Assembly: GCF_040901545.1 (NCBI RefSeq)
Contig: NZ_JBBDYL010000024.1
Coordinates: 48,871-72,870, forward strand
Origin: Sulfuricaulis sp.
GTDB taxonomy: Bacteria > Pseudomonadota > Gammaproteobacteria > Acidiferrobacterales > Sulfurifustaceae
Length of the DNA stretch: 24,000 nucleotides
Direction: 5' to 3'
The notes beneath the pieces are model-generated. The model ran no database searches, was not told the DNA's origin, and saw nothing but the letters and a program-made list of their open reading frames with translations. Shown here one piece after another: positions 1-7,658 of the stretch (its first letter is position 1; every line of letters begins with the position of its first letter). The translations under genes were made by a program, and so were the position numbers.

Positions 1-5
1 ACCTG

Positions 6-39
6 AAAAAAATGGGGCGCTGACCCCAGCCAGCGCCCC
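6..39 (-). terminator. Rho-independent terminator downstream of the pilin genes
   Basis: Minus strand reads GGGGCGCTG-gctggggt-CAGCGCCCC then A + TTTTTTT. The 9-bp perfect GC-rich stem is 31..39 paired with 14..22, with an 8-nt loop. The T7 run is the plus-strand A run 6..12. It lies about 140 nt downstream of the pilin stop at 179. Confidence 0.65.
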
Positions 40-178
40 CATGCTTTTAGCGGTTTCACCGGGCTTACATCACAACCACTTTTGATTGGTTGCGCCGGGC
101 TTTTAAAGCGACCATGCGATTGGTCACAGTTAGCTTCAAGAGAAAAACAGTCTTCAGTTTGCTCGATAATATTCCGAC

Positions 179-607
179 TCAACAACCGGTTGAGGTTACT
201 GTCACCGTGCCCACGTTTGAATTGTACAAGGCCTGACAAGTGCTATTGCCGCCATTAGTTGGCCGGAAGGTAGAATCCGGTGAACCATGGGCGACGCTGT
301 AACCGTCCAGACCCTGCATGGCGGCTTCGATACCCCCGGGTGCGTTGGTCGGAAAGCTTGAGGCATTCACAGCGACGCTTACCCCGTCCATGGTGATCGT
401 GCCGCCACCGCTGCCGGCCACCAGCACTTGGGCCTTGGCAAGCGAGATCGCGCCACGCAGACCACCCGCCACCCCCTGAACGCTGGCGATGCGTGCGTCC
501 GTGGCAATGTTGATGAACCGCGGCAGGGCCGTGGCCGCCAACAGACCGAGAATCACGATCACGATCACCAGCTCAATTAACGTGAATCCAGTTTGTTTCA
601 TCCGCAT
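179..607 (-). CDS. Type IV (MSHA-type) pilin, prepilin with N-terminal cleavage/methylation domain
   Basis: Short leader MRMKQTG then [24 protein letters not shown], the class III signal peptide with Glu at +5. DARxxxxxGxxGGLRxA resembles the MshA N-terminal helix. A C-terminal Cys pair (..STCQ..STGC) forms the D-region. GGGAG lies 5 nt upstream of the ATG at 607. Confidence 0.9.
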   Translation of the reverse strand: MRMKQTGFTLIELVIVIVILGLLAATALPRFINIATDARIASVQGVAGGLRGAISLAKAQVLVAGSGGGTITMDGVSVAVNASSFPTNAPGGIEAAMQGLDGYSVAHGSPDSTFRPTNGGNSTCQALYNSNVGTVTVTSTGC

Positions 608-632
608 ATAGACTCCCTAAAAAATTGCTTGC

Positions 633-1061
633 TCAACAACCAGTCGATGTAACGGTCACCACAGCTGTATTTGCGTTGTAGGAAGCCTGACAAGTGCCGT
701 TGCCACCATTGCTGGGTTGGAAGGTGGAAGTTGATGAGGCATGGTTAATGTTGTAACCGTCAAGGCCCTGCATGGCGGCCTGGATTCCACCTGCTGCGGC
801 CGTCGGAAAACCCGAGGCATTCACTGAAACTGAAACGCCGTCCATGGAGATCGTGCCGCCGCCGCTGCCACTGACCAGCACTTGGGCCCTGGCAAGCGAG
901 GCCGCTGAGCGCAAACCCCCCGCGACGCCCTGAACGCTCGCGATGCGTGCGTCCGTGGCAATGTTGATGAACCGCGGCAGGGCCGTGGCCGCCAACAGAC
1001 CGAGAATCACGATCACGATAACGAGTTCAATTAACGTAAAACCGCTTTGCTGTTTAGACAT
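633..1061 (-). CDS. Type IV (MSHA-type) pilin paralog (track ORF trimmed to internal ATG)
   Basis: Leader MSKQQSG then [24 protein letters not shown]. The ATG at 1061 is preceded by GGAGAAAGAGAGT. The track start at 1127 would add 22 residues before the prepilin leader, which is atypical. Hand alignment gives about 80% aa identity to the 179..607 product. Confidence 0.88.
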   Translation of the reverse strand: MSKQQSGFTLIELVIVIVILGLLAATALPRFINIATDARIASVQGVAGGLRSAASLARAQVLVSGSGGGTISMDGVSVSVNASGFPTAAAGGIQAAMQGLDGYNINHASSTSTFQPSNGGNGTCQASYNANTAVVTVTSTGC

Positions 1062-1103
1062 ACTCTCTTTCTCCTGAAGTAAACCGAATTGCTCCACCCA
1101 AGT

Positions 1104-1119
1104 CAGCAGTGGACTGCTG
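1104..1119. promoter_or_regulatory. Inverted repeat CAGCAGT-GG-ACTGCTG upstream of the first pilin gene
   Basis: 7-bp perfect arms with a 2-bp spacer. It lies 43-58 bp upstream of the ATG at 1061 and 28 bp downstream of the stop of the 1147..1713 gene. It is either an operator-like site or a 5-prime UTR hairpin; the function is not established. Confidence 0.3.
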
Positions 1120-1146
1120 CCTGTCACTTATCCACTTCTGCCGCGC

Positions 1147-1713
1147 TCAGTTGCGTAACCACGAATACGGTTCCACCGAACTGAGTCGCAAACCTTCAAC
1201 TTTTTCTATTCCCTGATCGAATATTCCATTACCGTTAGTATCACTATAGACCAGCCTCACGCTGAATCGCGCCCGTGGAGGGTTGGACGCCCCGCCCTCG
1301 AAAAAACCCCTGTTTCGGACCAGATAAACGAGCGCTTTCTCGCGCTTGTCGAAATACCAATTACCGTCTTCGAGCTTCAATGGATCCACATCTTCCTTTT
1401 CGCCGAGGTAATTGCGCGGCACCTCAGCCAGCAGATCCATGGGATTGCTGCCCTCTAGGACTTTCAGCTCCGAAACCTTCGATTTCACAATACTTTCTGC
1501 AACCTTCATGCCAATTGCGCTTCTGAGTATCCCGGCCACCATTTCCATCGTCACCCGCTCCGCATCCACCTGCAGGGCCAGCAGGCGCGAAACAGCCAGC
1601 ACCAGCAGCACCGAAATGATCACGATCACGATCACCAGCTCGAGCAGGGAAAAGCCGGCGTTAGCCTCGCTTGCGCCCCCCCGATCCCGTGGGCTACGGC
1701 CATGCCAACTCAC
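1147..1713 (-). CDS. Prepilin-type N-terminal cleavage/methylation domain protein (minor pilin-like; occupies the MshF position of MSHA loci)
   Basis: GTG start preceded by AAGGGG. The N-terminus is ...EANAG then [21 protein letters not shown], a prepilin motif after a long 20-aa leader. It sits between the platform gene and the pilins. It shares the 23-bp atcacgatcacgatcaccagctc with pilin 179..607. Confidence 0.7.
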   Translation of the reverse strand: MSWHGRSPRDRGGASEANAGFSLLELVIVIVIISVLLVLAVSRLLALQVDAERVTMEMVAGILRSAIGMKVAESIVKSKVSELKVLEGSNPMDLLAEVPRNYLGEKEDVDPLKLEDGNWYFDKREKALVYLVRNRGFFEGGASNPPRARFSVRLVYSDTNGNGIFDQGIEKVEGLRLSSVEPYSWLRN

Positions 1714-1816
1714 GGGTAACCCCTTTCTGCAGCAGCAAGGCTGCTTAATAAATTACAGTAGGTTACGTTTCTAACCTTGTCCAGTTTCGCCATTTCGGCC
1801 ATAACCTTTGAAATGG

Positions 1817-3046
1817 CTAGGATTTCCGTGCCACCTGGACCAGGTCCCACATCGGCAGGAACACACCCAGCGCCAGGATAAAAACCACGATGGAAAGAAA
1901 TACGATTAATATCGGCTGAATCGCGGCACTCAGATTCTTGATGTCGTAATCCACCTCGCGTTCATAAAAATCGGATACGTTGAACATAAGCTCGTCCACC
2001 GATCCGGTTTCCTCGCCCACGGCGATCATCTGGATCACCAGAGGCGGGAACATGCCGGTGGCGGCAGCGGTCCGGGCGATGCTGTCACCGCGTTCAATGC
2101 CATCGCGCATTTGCACGATACGATCGCTGATATAATCGTTGTCCACCGCGCGACTGACCGTGGTCATGCCTTGCACCAGCGGGACGCCCGATTTCATCAT
2201 CACCGCCAGCGCCCGGGCGAACCGTCCGAGTGTCGCCTTGTAAACAATCTTCCCGATAACGGGTATGCCCAGCTTTACTTTGTCCCAGCGATAGCGGCCC
2301 TCCGGGGTGCGAACGTAATAGCGCAGGGCAAAAAACGCGGAAATGACCGTAATCAAAATCATCTGCCAATAGGCGACGGTGAAATTCGACGAGGCAATTA
2401 GTATTTTCGTTGCCAATGGAAGCTCGATCTTGAACCCGGCATAAACCTTCGCGAACGTGGGAATAACAAAGAGATTGATAATGAATATCGCGATAAAAAT
2501 AGCCGCCACTACAAAAGTCGGATAACGCGTCGCTGTTTTAATGCTGTCGCGAGTCTCCTTTTCGCGCTCGAGATACGTCGCGAGCTGCATGAACACTTCC
2601 TGCAAGCTTCCGGTGGTTTCACCGACCTGGATCATGTTCACGTACAGCGATGAAAATACCTTCGGGTGCCGCCGCATGGCGGCGGTGAGGTCCAGGCCGG
2701 TATCGAGACTTTCACTGATACTGATGATGACCTTCGCCATGGCCAGGTTTTGCGTGGAGTCGCGCAAGCCTCTTAAGGCCTGCATGATCGGAACGCCGGC
2801 CTTTAACAATGTGTACATTTGACGGCTGAAAAGAATGAGATCAACCATGGTAATCTGGGCGCTTTCCGCCCAGTGAGCCCGGATGGCGGCGAATACATCT
2901 GTCTGGCCTTTCGTCGAGGCAATGTCGATCGGGATGACGCCGCTATTCATCAATTGGGCCGCGACGGCATCCGGCGAAACGGCCTCAATATGTCCCCGGA
3001 CCGCTTCACCGCGTTGATTACGCCCTTTGTACTGGAACAGCGGCAA
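1817..3046 (-). CDS. mshG: Type II secretion/type IV pilus platform protein, GspF/PilC/MshG family
   Basis: 409 aa with two T2SSF-type repeats (..FSRQMYTLLKAGVPIMQAL.. and ..FARALAVMMKSGVPLVQGM..) and three TM segments. The TTG start at 3046 is preceded by GGAGGAG inside the end of the ATPase gene, and the upstream stop is 1 nt away. Confidence 0.9.
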   Translation of the reverse strand: MPLFQYKGRNQRGEAVRGHIEAVSPDAVAAQLMNSGVIPIDIASTKGQTDVFAAIRAHWAESAQITMVDLILFSRQMYTLLKAGVPIMQALRGLRDSTQNLAMAKVIISISESLDTGLDLTAAMRRHPKVFSSLYVNMIQVGETTGSLQEVFMQLATYLEREKETRDSIKTATRYPTFVVAAIFIAIFIINLFVIPTFAKVYAGFKIELPLATKILIASSNFTVAYWQMILITVISAFFALRYYVRTPEGRYRWDKVKLGIPVIGKIVYKATLGRFARALAVMMKSGVPLVQGMTTVSRAVDNDYISDRIVQMRDGIERGDSIARTAAATGMFPPLVIQMIAVGEETGSVDELMFNVSDFYEREVDYDIKNLSAAIQPILIVFLSIVVFILALGVFLPMWDLVQVARKS

Positions 3047-3047
3047 G

Positions 3048-4769
3048 TTACTCCTCCAGGGTGTAGGTGGCGCGCACCACCTGATCCATGGTGGTCAATC
3101 CCTGGGCCGCCAGAATAATCGAGGCACGCCGCAACGACTGGTAACCCGGCTGCGCCTTCACGGCCGCGCCAAACTTCATGGGATCGCCCGTGTGCATGGC
3201 CTCGATTAAATTATTATCCATTTCCAGATATTCAAAGACGCCGATACGGCCCAGATATCCGGAACCGTTGCAGTGACTGCAGCCATGTCCGCGTTTGAAT
3301 TTGAGCGAATCGGCCTTATCCCCGGCCTCGGCCCGGATAATCGCCATCTGCGCGGCGGGGAGTTCATAAGGCTCGGCACAGGATTCACAAATCCGCCGAA
3401 CCAGCCGCTGAGATACGATGGCACGCAACGAGGCCGCGACCATGTACGGCTCCACACCCATGTCTATAAGACGGAGCGCGGTGGATATGGCGTCATTGGT
3501 GTGCAGGGTTGAAAGCACCAGGTGGCCGGTCATGGCCGCGCGCAAGCCGATTTCCGCGGTATCCTGGTCGCGCATTTCACCGATCAGAATGATATCCGGA
3601 TCCTGGCGCAGCATGGAGCGCAACACCCGGGCAAAGGTCAACTCGATCCGGGTATTCACCTGCACCTGGTTGATGCCGGATAAGCGGTATTCCACCGGAT
3701 CTTCAGCGGTCAGAATTTTGTATTCGGGACGGTTGAGTTCCTTGAGCGCCGCGTAAAGCGTCGTGGTTTTGCCGCTTCCGGTCGGGCCAGTAACCAGTAC
3801 CATCCCGTTGGGGTTATGAATCATGCTGCGAAAGCGCGGCAGTACATTTTTCGGCATGCCGACCTGCTCCAGGCTCAGCACGCCGGCGAAGGGGTTAAGC
3901 AGACGCATCACCACGGACTCACCGTACTGAATCGGCATGGTCGAAATACGCACGTCTATGTTTTTTTCACGTATACGCACGTTGGTGCGGCCGTCTTGCG
4001 GCAGGCGTTTTTCGGAAATATCGAGACCTGCCATCAGCTTCACACGCGACACCAGCGCGCTCGCGATGCGGCGGTCAGCGACGGTTTGCACCCGCAATAC
4101 CCCGTCCAGTCGAAAGCGGATGCGCAACTCCTTTTCGTCCGGCTCGATGTGAATGTCCGAGGCGTTCACCTGAATGGCATCTTCGAACAAGCTCTGCAAC
4201 AGCTTGACCACCGGCGCGTCGGTAATACCCTCGGCCTCCGCCAACGCGGACAAATCCACGCTGCCTTGGGCGTTCAGCTCCTGTTGCAGTTCCTGCGCGA
4301 GATCGGTGATCTCGCTCGTGCGGCGGTAGACACGATCAATCGTCTTAAGCAATTCGGATTCCTTGACCACGGCAAACCGCAACGGGCGGCGAAGCACGCG
4401 CGACAACTCGTCATAGGCGAAAATATCGGTCGGATCGGCCATCCCCACGAGCAGGCTTTCGCGATTGTATTCCAGCGCAATGGCGCGAAAGCGCCGCGCA
4501 TAGGTCTCCGGGATCATTCGGACAGTTTCGGGCTTATAGTTGTAACGGCGCAGATCGATGTATGGCACATTGAGTTGCTGCGAGAGAAACATCAGCAACT
4601 GATCCTCGGAGAGGAAGCCGTTTTCCACCAGCACGCGGCCGAGCTTGCGGCCGCTCTTTTTCTGGTCCGCCAGCGCCGTATCCAGCTGTTCCTGGGAAAT
4701 GACCTTATTCGCAATCAGCAGGTCGCCGATGCGGATTTTTTTGGGCTTCATTTCGGTTATGGTTGCCAT
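3048..4769 (-). CDS. mshE: GspE/PulE-family pilus assembly ATPase with MshEN-type N-terminal domain (MshE-like)
   Basis: Walker A GPTGSGKTTT, Asp box, Walker B DPDIILIGEMRD and His box are present. There is a tetracysteine CESC...CSHCNGSGY. The N-terminus carries two tandem 24-residue motifs, RIGDLLIANKVISQEQLDTALADQ and KLGRVLVENGFLSEDQLLMFLSQQ. Confidence 0.92.
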   Translation of the reverse strand: MATITEMKPKKIRIGDLLIANKVISQEQLDTALADQKKSGRKLGRVLVENGFLSEDQLLMFLSQQLNVPYIDLRRYNYKPETVRMIPETYARRFRAIALEYNRESLLVGMADPTDIFAYDELSRVLRRPLRFAVVKESELLKTIDRVYRRTSEITDLAQELQQELNAQGSVDLSALAEAEGITDAPVVKLLQSLFEDAIQVNASDIHIEPDEKELRIRFRLDGVLRVQTVADRRIASALVSRVKLMAGLDISEKRLPQDGRTNVRIREKNIDVRISTMPIQYGESVVMRLLNPFAGVLSLEQVGMPKNVLPRFRSMIHNPNGMVLVTGPTGSGKTTTLYAALKELNRPEYKILTAEDPVEYRLSGINQVQVNTRIELTFARVLRSMLRQDPDIILIGEMRDQDTAEIGLRAAMTGHLVLSTLHTNDAISTALRLIDMGVEPYMVAASLRAIVSQRLVRRICESCAEPYELPAAQMAIIRAEAGDKADSLKFKRGHGCSHCNGSGYLGRIGVFEYLEMDNNLIEAMHTGDPMKFGAAVKAQPGYQSLRRASIILAAQGLTTMDQVVRATYTLEE

Positions 4770-4946
4770 ATCAATTCTCCACTGGATCGCCCCTCACTCC
4801 GGACATGAGAGGAACAATCTAATATCCTGAAAAGACTGAACTTACATTCAATATAGTCGATAAAAATGCAGCGCTCTGTGTTATCGAGACGCCAATCGGG
4901 TTACCTGGCCCTAGAAAAAGGGCGAGGCCCCATGGCGGAAACAGCT

Positions 4947-4962
4947 AGCAAATACCAAGCCA
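4947..4962 (-). promoter_or_regulatory. Candidate sigma54 (-24/-12) promoter upstream of the ATPase gene
   Basis: Minus strand reads aaTGGCTTGgtatTTGCTa. GG and GC have the correct 12-nt register. Only the AC of TGGCAC differs (TT). It lies about 180 nt upstream of the ATG at 4769. Confidence 0.45.
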
Positions 4963-5010
4963 TTTCCGCTTTGCTGAGAGGAGATATCGGTAATTGACCG
5001 AAAAACAGGG

Positions 5011-6939
5011 CTAGTAACCCCGCAAGTGATAACTGGCGGCTGACTGTTGTTCTAGATTGGCAACTTTATTTTCCAGAACCTTGGCTTGTTCATACTTTCC
5101 CGCTTCGCGCATCAGCTTGGCCGTAAGTGAATAGAATGGGATCAGATTTGGCATGGGGTGATACTCATATTTAACCCCCTCTTCGAGTGTCTGAAGTGCA
5201 TTCTCCTTGTGACCTAATTGCAGCAACAACTCTGCGTAATCCAGCCTACTCAGAAAAAGTTTGGGGTTGAGCGATAGCGCCTGCCGGTAGGACTCGGTCG
5301 CGAGTTGTTGCCAAGTCTCTCCAGCCAGCACGGGATTTTGCTGATAAAGTCTGCCACGGATAACGTGGGTTAACGCTCTCAGAGGATTGGCCTGCTCGGC
5401 TCTGTTCAGAAATATTAGTGAGTCGCTGTAGAGCGATTTTCTTCCGCTGTTGCCTTCCGAGGGTAATAATGTTGCGGCATGTCGATAGAGGTCGGCATGC
5501 GCGATGAGCATGCGGTCATCCGACGGAGTAAGCCGTGTTGCGGTCGCCAGATTTCTATCGGCCTCCTGCAGCTTTCCTTCGCGCGCCTGTCGCAGCGCTT
5601 TATCATAAAAAGAGTTGGCCATCCCGAGCGCGATAAAATAGAAAATGGGCAGCAGCAGCAACAAAATCACAATGGCGGGATAGGCCTGCCTGCCCACGAT
5701 CCGGGAAAAGCGAATTTGAATTGTGGACACTCTCAGCTTGCGGAGGGCGAGATCATGAAATCGGCCCATGAGCAGGCCAGAGATCATCATGATGGACAGA
5801 ATATAGAGGTTAAAATCGACAATGCTGTGGCCCGCCACTGCGAGCAACCCACAGAACAGGCCGGACAGTTCTATTCGGAATGCTTTGTCGCTACTTGTCT
5901 TCGGCAGGGCGCGGACAAACAACCAGAAAGCAGTGAACAACGCCGAAATCAGCAACAACATTCCCGGAATACCGGCTTCTATCCAAATTTGGAGATAATC
6001 GTTGTGCGCGAAGAATCCGCCGGAATTGTCCACGGGATTCTGAAATGGTGGATAGGCCAAATAAAAAAGTCCCAAGCCAATCCCTTCCCAAGGAGCAGCC
6101 TTCAGCAGCTCCCAGGAGGATTCCCAGATCACCATCCGGCCGGTATCCTGAAACAGTTGCGGCATCCGCTCGCTGAGTTCCCCGTGTGAGATCTTGGTGG
6201 AAAAATACGCGGCCACTGTCAACAGCAGTAACAGCGCGATAGCTCGTTTCGATGCATAACGCAGTGTAAGGGCGACGAGAACACTCAAGGTTAAAATTAG
6301 GCTCATCGTGGCGCCACGGCTCGCGGCGGTGAAAATGGAATAAAACAAGATATACAAAACGGCGCCCAACAAAAAAGCGCGATAACGGGGTGTATTTTTC
6401 TGCTCGATCAATGACAGAAAATATGCTGATGCCGGAAGGGTCACAAGATTCAGGAATGCGGCGTGGGTGTTGCGTGTTTCAAAAACAGATCGGGCCTGCT
6501 GCTCCATAACAAGCACTTGATATATTCCCATGAGCGCTAAGACCAGCCCCAACACGAGCAAGATCGCCGCCGCGTGCGACCAGAGCATGTCCCGATCCGG
6601 TGTCAGGGTATACAACCAAAAAACCAGCATTAGACTGCCGATCCACCAGAAATTAAACACACTGATATTGGGCGCAAGGCTCCAGGTCAGCGATACTGCG
6701 AGCCATATCCAGAACAGCGTTAAACAAAGTGCCAGCGGGGTTTTGGGGATCGACAGGCCCGCTTCATAGGTTTGCAAAACGACCGTTCCCAGCCATATGA
6801 CCAACAATACCTGGGTAATGGCAAAATATTCGAATTGCGGGCCTTTGAACAATAAGGCAGGTAACAGGGCACAGACAAATAACAGCGTACTGATCTGAAC
6901 GGAGGGCATGCGGAAAGCATTTTTTCTGATCACCGCCAT
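5011..6939 (-). CDS. O-antigen ligase (Wzy_C) family polytopic membrane protein with C-terminal TPR domain
   Basis: About 12 hydrophobic segments. Wzy_C hallmarks are present: ..AASRGATMSL.., ..RMVIWESSWELLKAAPWEGIGLGLF.., ..FAHNDYLQIWIEAGIPGMLLL... The C-terminal ~200 aa has TPR-like repeats (ALRQAREGKLQEADRNL.., YRQALSLNPKLF.., LLQLGHKENALQTLEEG..). Confidence 0.88.
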   Translation of the reverse strand: MAVIRKNAFRMPSVQISTLLFVCALLPALLFKGPQFEYFAITQVLLVIWLGTVVLQTYEAGLSIPKTPLALCLTLFWIWLAVSLTWSLAPNISVFNFWWIGSLMLVFWLYTLTPDRDMLWSHAAAILLVLGLVLALMGIYQVLVMEQQARSVFETRNTHAAFLNLVTLPASAYFLSLIEQKNTPRYRAFLLGAVLYILFYSIFTAASRGATMSLILTLSVLVALTLRYASKRAIALLLLLTVAAYFSTKISHGELSERMPQLFQDTGRMVIWESSWELLKAAPWEGIGLGLFYLAYPPFQNPVDNSGGFFAHNDYLQIWIEAGIPGMLLLISALFTAFWLFVRALPKTSSDKAFRIELSGLFCGLLAVAGHSIVDFNLYILSIMMISGLLMGRFHDLALRKLRVSTIQIRFSRIVGRQAYPAIVILLLLLPIFYFIALGMANSFYDKALRQAREGKLQEADRNLATATRLTPSDDRMLIAHADLYRHAATLLPSEGNSGRKSLYSDSLIFLNRAEQANPLRALTHVIRGRLYQQNPVLAGETWQQLATESYRQALSLNPKLFLSRLDYAELLLQLGHKENALQTLEEGVKYEYHPMPNLIPFYSLTAKLMREAGKYEQAKVLENKVANLEQQSAASYHLRGY

Positions 6940-7046
6940 AATCCTCCTTGAATGACCGGTATCGGCACGTGCAGGTTACTTACATACTTATATACAATCT
7001 CCGCTGAAACACCAGACTGAACCCTCTTCATGGATAATGGAAAACC

Positions 7047-7511
7047 ATGTTTCACGTCGTGCTCTTTCAGCCCGAGATTCCGCCCAATACCGGCAATATC
7101 ATGCGCCTGTGCGCCAATACGGGATCGCGTCTGCACTTGATTGAACCGCTGGGCTTCTCGCTACAGGACAAAGAGCTGCGGCGGGCCGGTCTGGATTATC
7201 ACGAATGGGTCGATGTGCGAACTTATACTGATCTAGAATCATTCACTCAGACTGTGCATCCACCGCGGATGCTGGCCTTCTCCACACGAGGAAGGCGACT
7301 CTACACAGAAATTGTATATAAGGATGAGGATGCCTTTGTCTTCGGGCCCGAGACGCGGGGATTACCCCAGAAATTATTTGATACTTTCCCGGAAGAACAC
7401 TGCCTGCGTTTGCCACTTGAGCCCAATAACCGCAGTCTGAATCTCTCCAATACCGTCGCCATTGTCGTCTATGAAGCCTGGCGGCAACTTGGGTTCATTC
7501 AAGGAAGATAA
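7047..7511 (+). CDS. trmL: tRNA (cytidine/uridine-34 2-prime-O)-methyltransferase TrmL (SpoU/TrmH family)
   Basis: MFHVVLFQPEIPPNTGNIMRLCANTGSRLHLIEPLGF...FGPETRGLP...SLNLSNTVAIVVYEAWRQLG is collinear with E. coli TrmL/YibK as I recall it. Confidence 0.93.
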   Translation: MFHVVLFQPEIPPNTGNIMRLCANTGSRLHLIEPLGFSLQDKELRRAGLDYHEWVDVRTYTDLESFTQTVHPPRMLAFSTRGRRLYTEIVYKDEDAFVFGPETRGLPQKLFDTFPEEHCLRLPLEPNNRSLNLSNTVAIVVYEAWRQLGFIQGR

Positions 7512-7658
7512 AAGGATAATACGATGGCATCGTAGCCGATGCTATGGCTCTTGCTCCAAGAGAAAAGTTATATTTCAAGACTTGACCCTATTTACTCGCT
7601 CATTATGCTAGAAAGGTGTCCGTTGAATCAGGGGAAGTTCAATCTGTGGACTTGGCCA

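Larger units (their letters stand above)
179..1061. repeat. Tandem duplication of the pilin gene (period 454 bp) with an 80-bp perfectly identical block
   Basis: 486..565 is identical base for base to 940..1019; this codes the N-terminal alpha-helix [32 protein letters not shown]. Both genes end with the same tcaacaacc (GGT TGT TGA). The remainder is similar but diverged. Confidence 0.9.

Noticed and set aside
52-102. Imperfect direct repeat GGTTtCaCCGGGCTT / GGTTgCgCCGGGCTT (52..66 and 88..102) and AACCA/TGGTT inverted repeat in the pilin 3-prime region
   Set aside because: It is short and imperfect (13 of 15), with no similarity to pilin coding sequence, so it is not a silent cassette. It is probably just 3-prime UTR structure.
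1062-1127. 22-codon N-terminal extension of the second pilin ORF
   Set aside because: It would place an atypical long peptide before the prepilin leader. The internal ATG at 1061 has a GGAG ribosome-binding site and gives a normal 7-aa leader.
1062-1816. Search for sigma54 promoters directly upstream of the pilin and prepilin-like genes
   Set aside because: No GG-N10-GC element with TGGC/TTGC context was found in either gap. Only weak sigma70-like hexamers are present.
3816-4808. 330-aa ORF on the plus strand
   Set aside because: It is entirely antisense to the well-supported MshE-type ATPase gene. The product is low-complexity and Arg/His/Gln-rich with no recognisable motifs, which is typical of a GC-rich shadow ORF.
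4915-4930. Mini hairpin GGGC-ctc-GCCC followed by T5 on the minus strand, considered as the terminator of the Wzy_C-TPR gene
   Set aside because: The stem is only 4 bp with a 3-nt loop. It also lies just downstream of the better-supported sigma54 promoter candidate, where a real terminator would abort that transcript.
5479-6189. 236-aa ORF on the plus strand
   Set aside because: It is antisense to the Wzy_C-TPR gene and has no motifs or membrane or other signatures.
7524-7545. ATGGCATCG-tagc-CGATGCTAT hairpin after trmL, considered as a terminator
   Set aside because: The stem has 8 of 9 pairs, but no T tract follows. It may still be a weak terminator, but the evidence is insufficient to call it.
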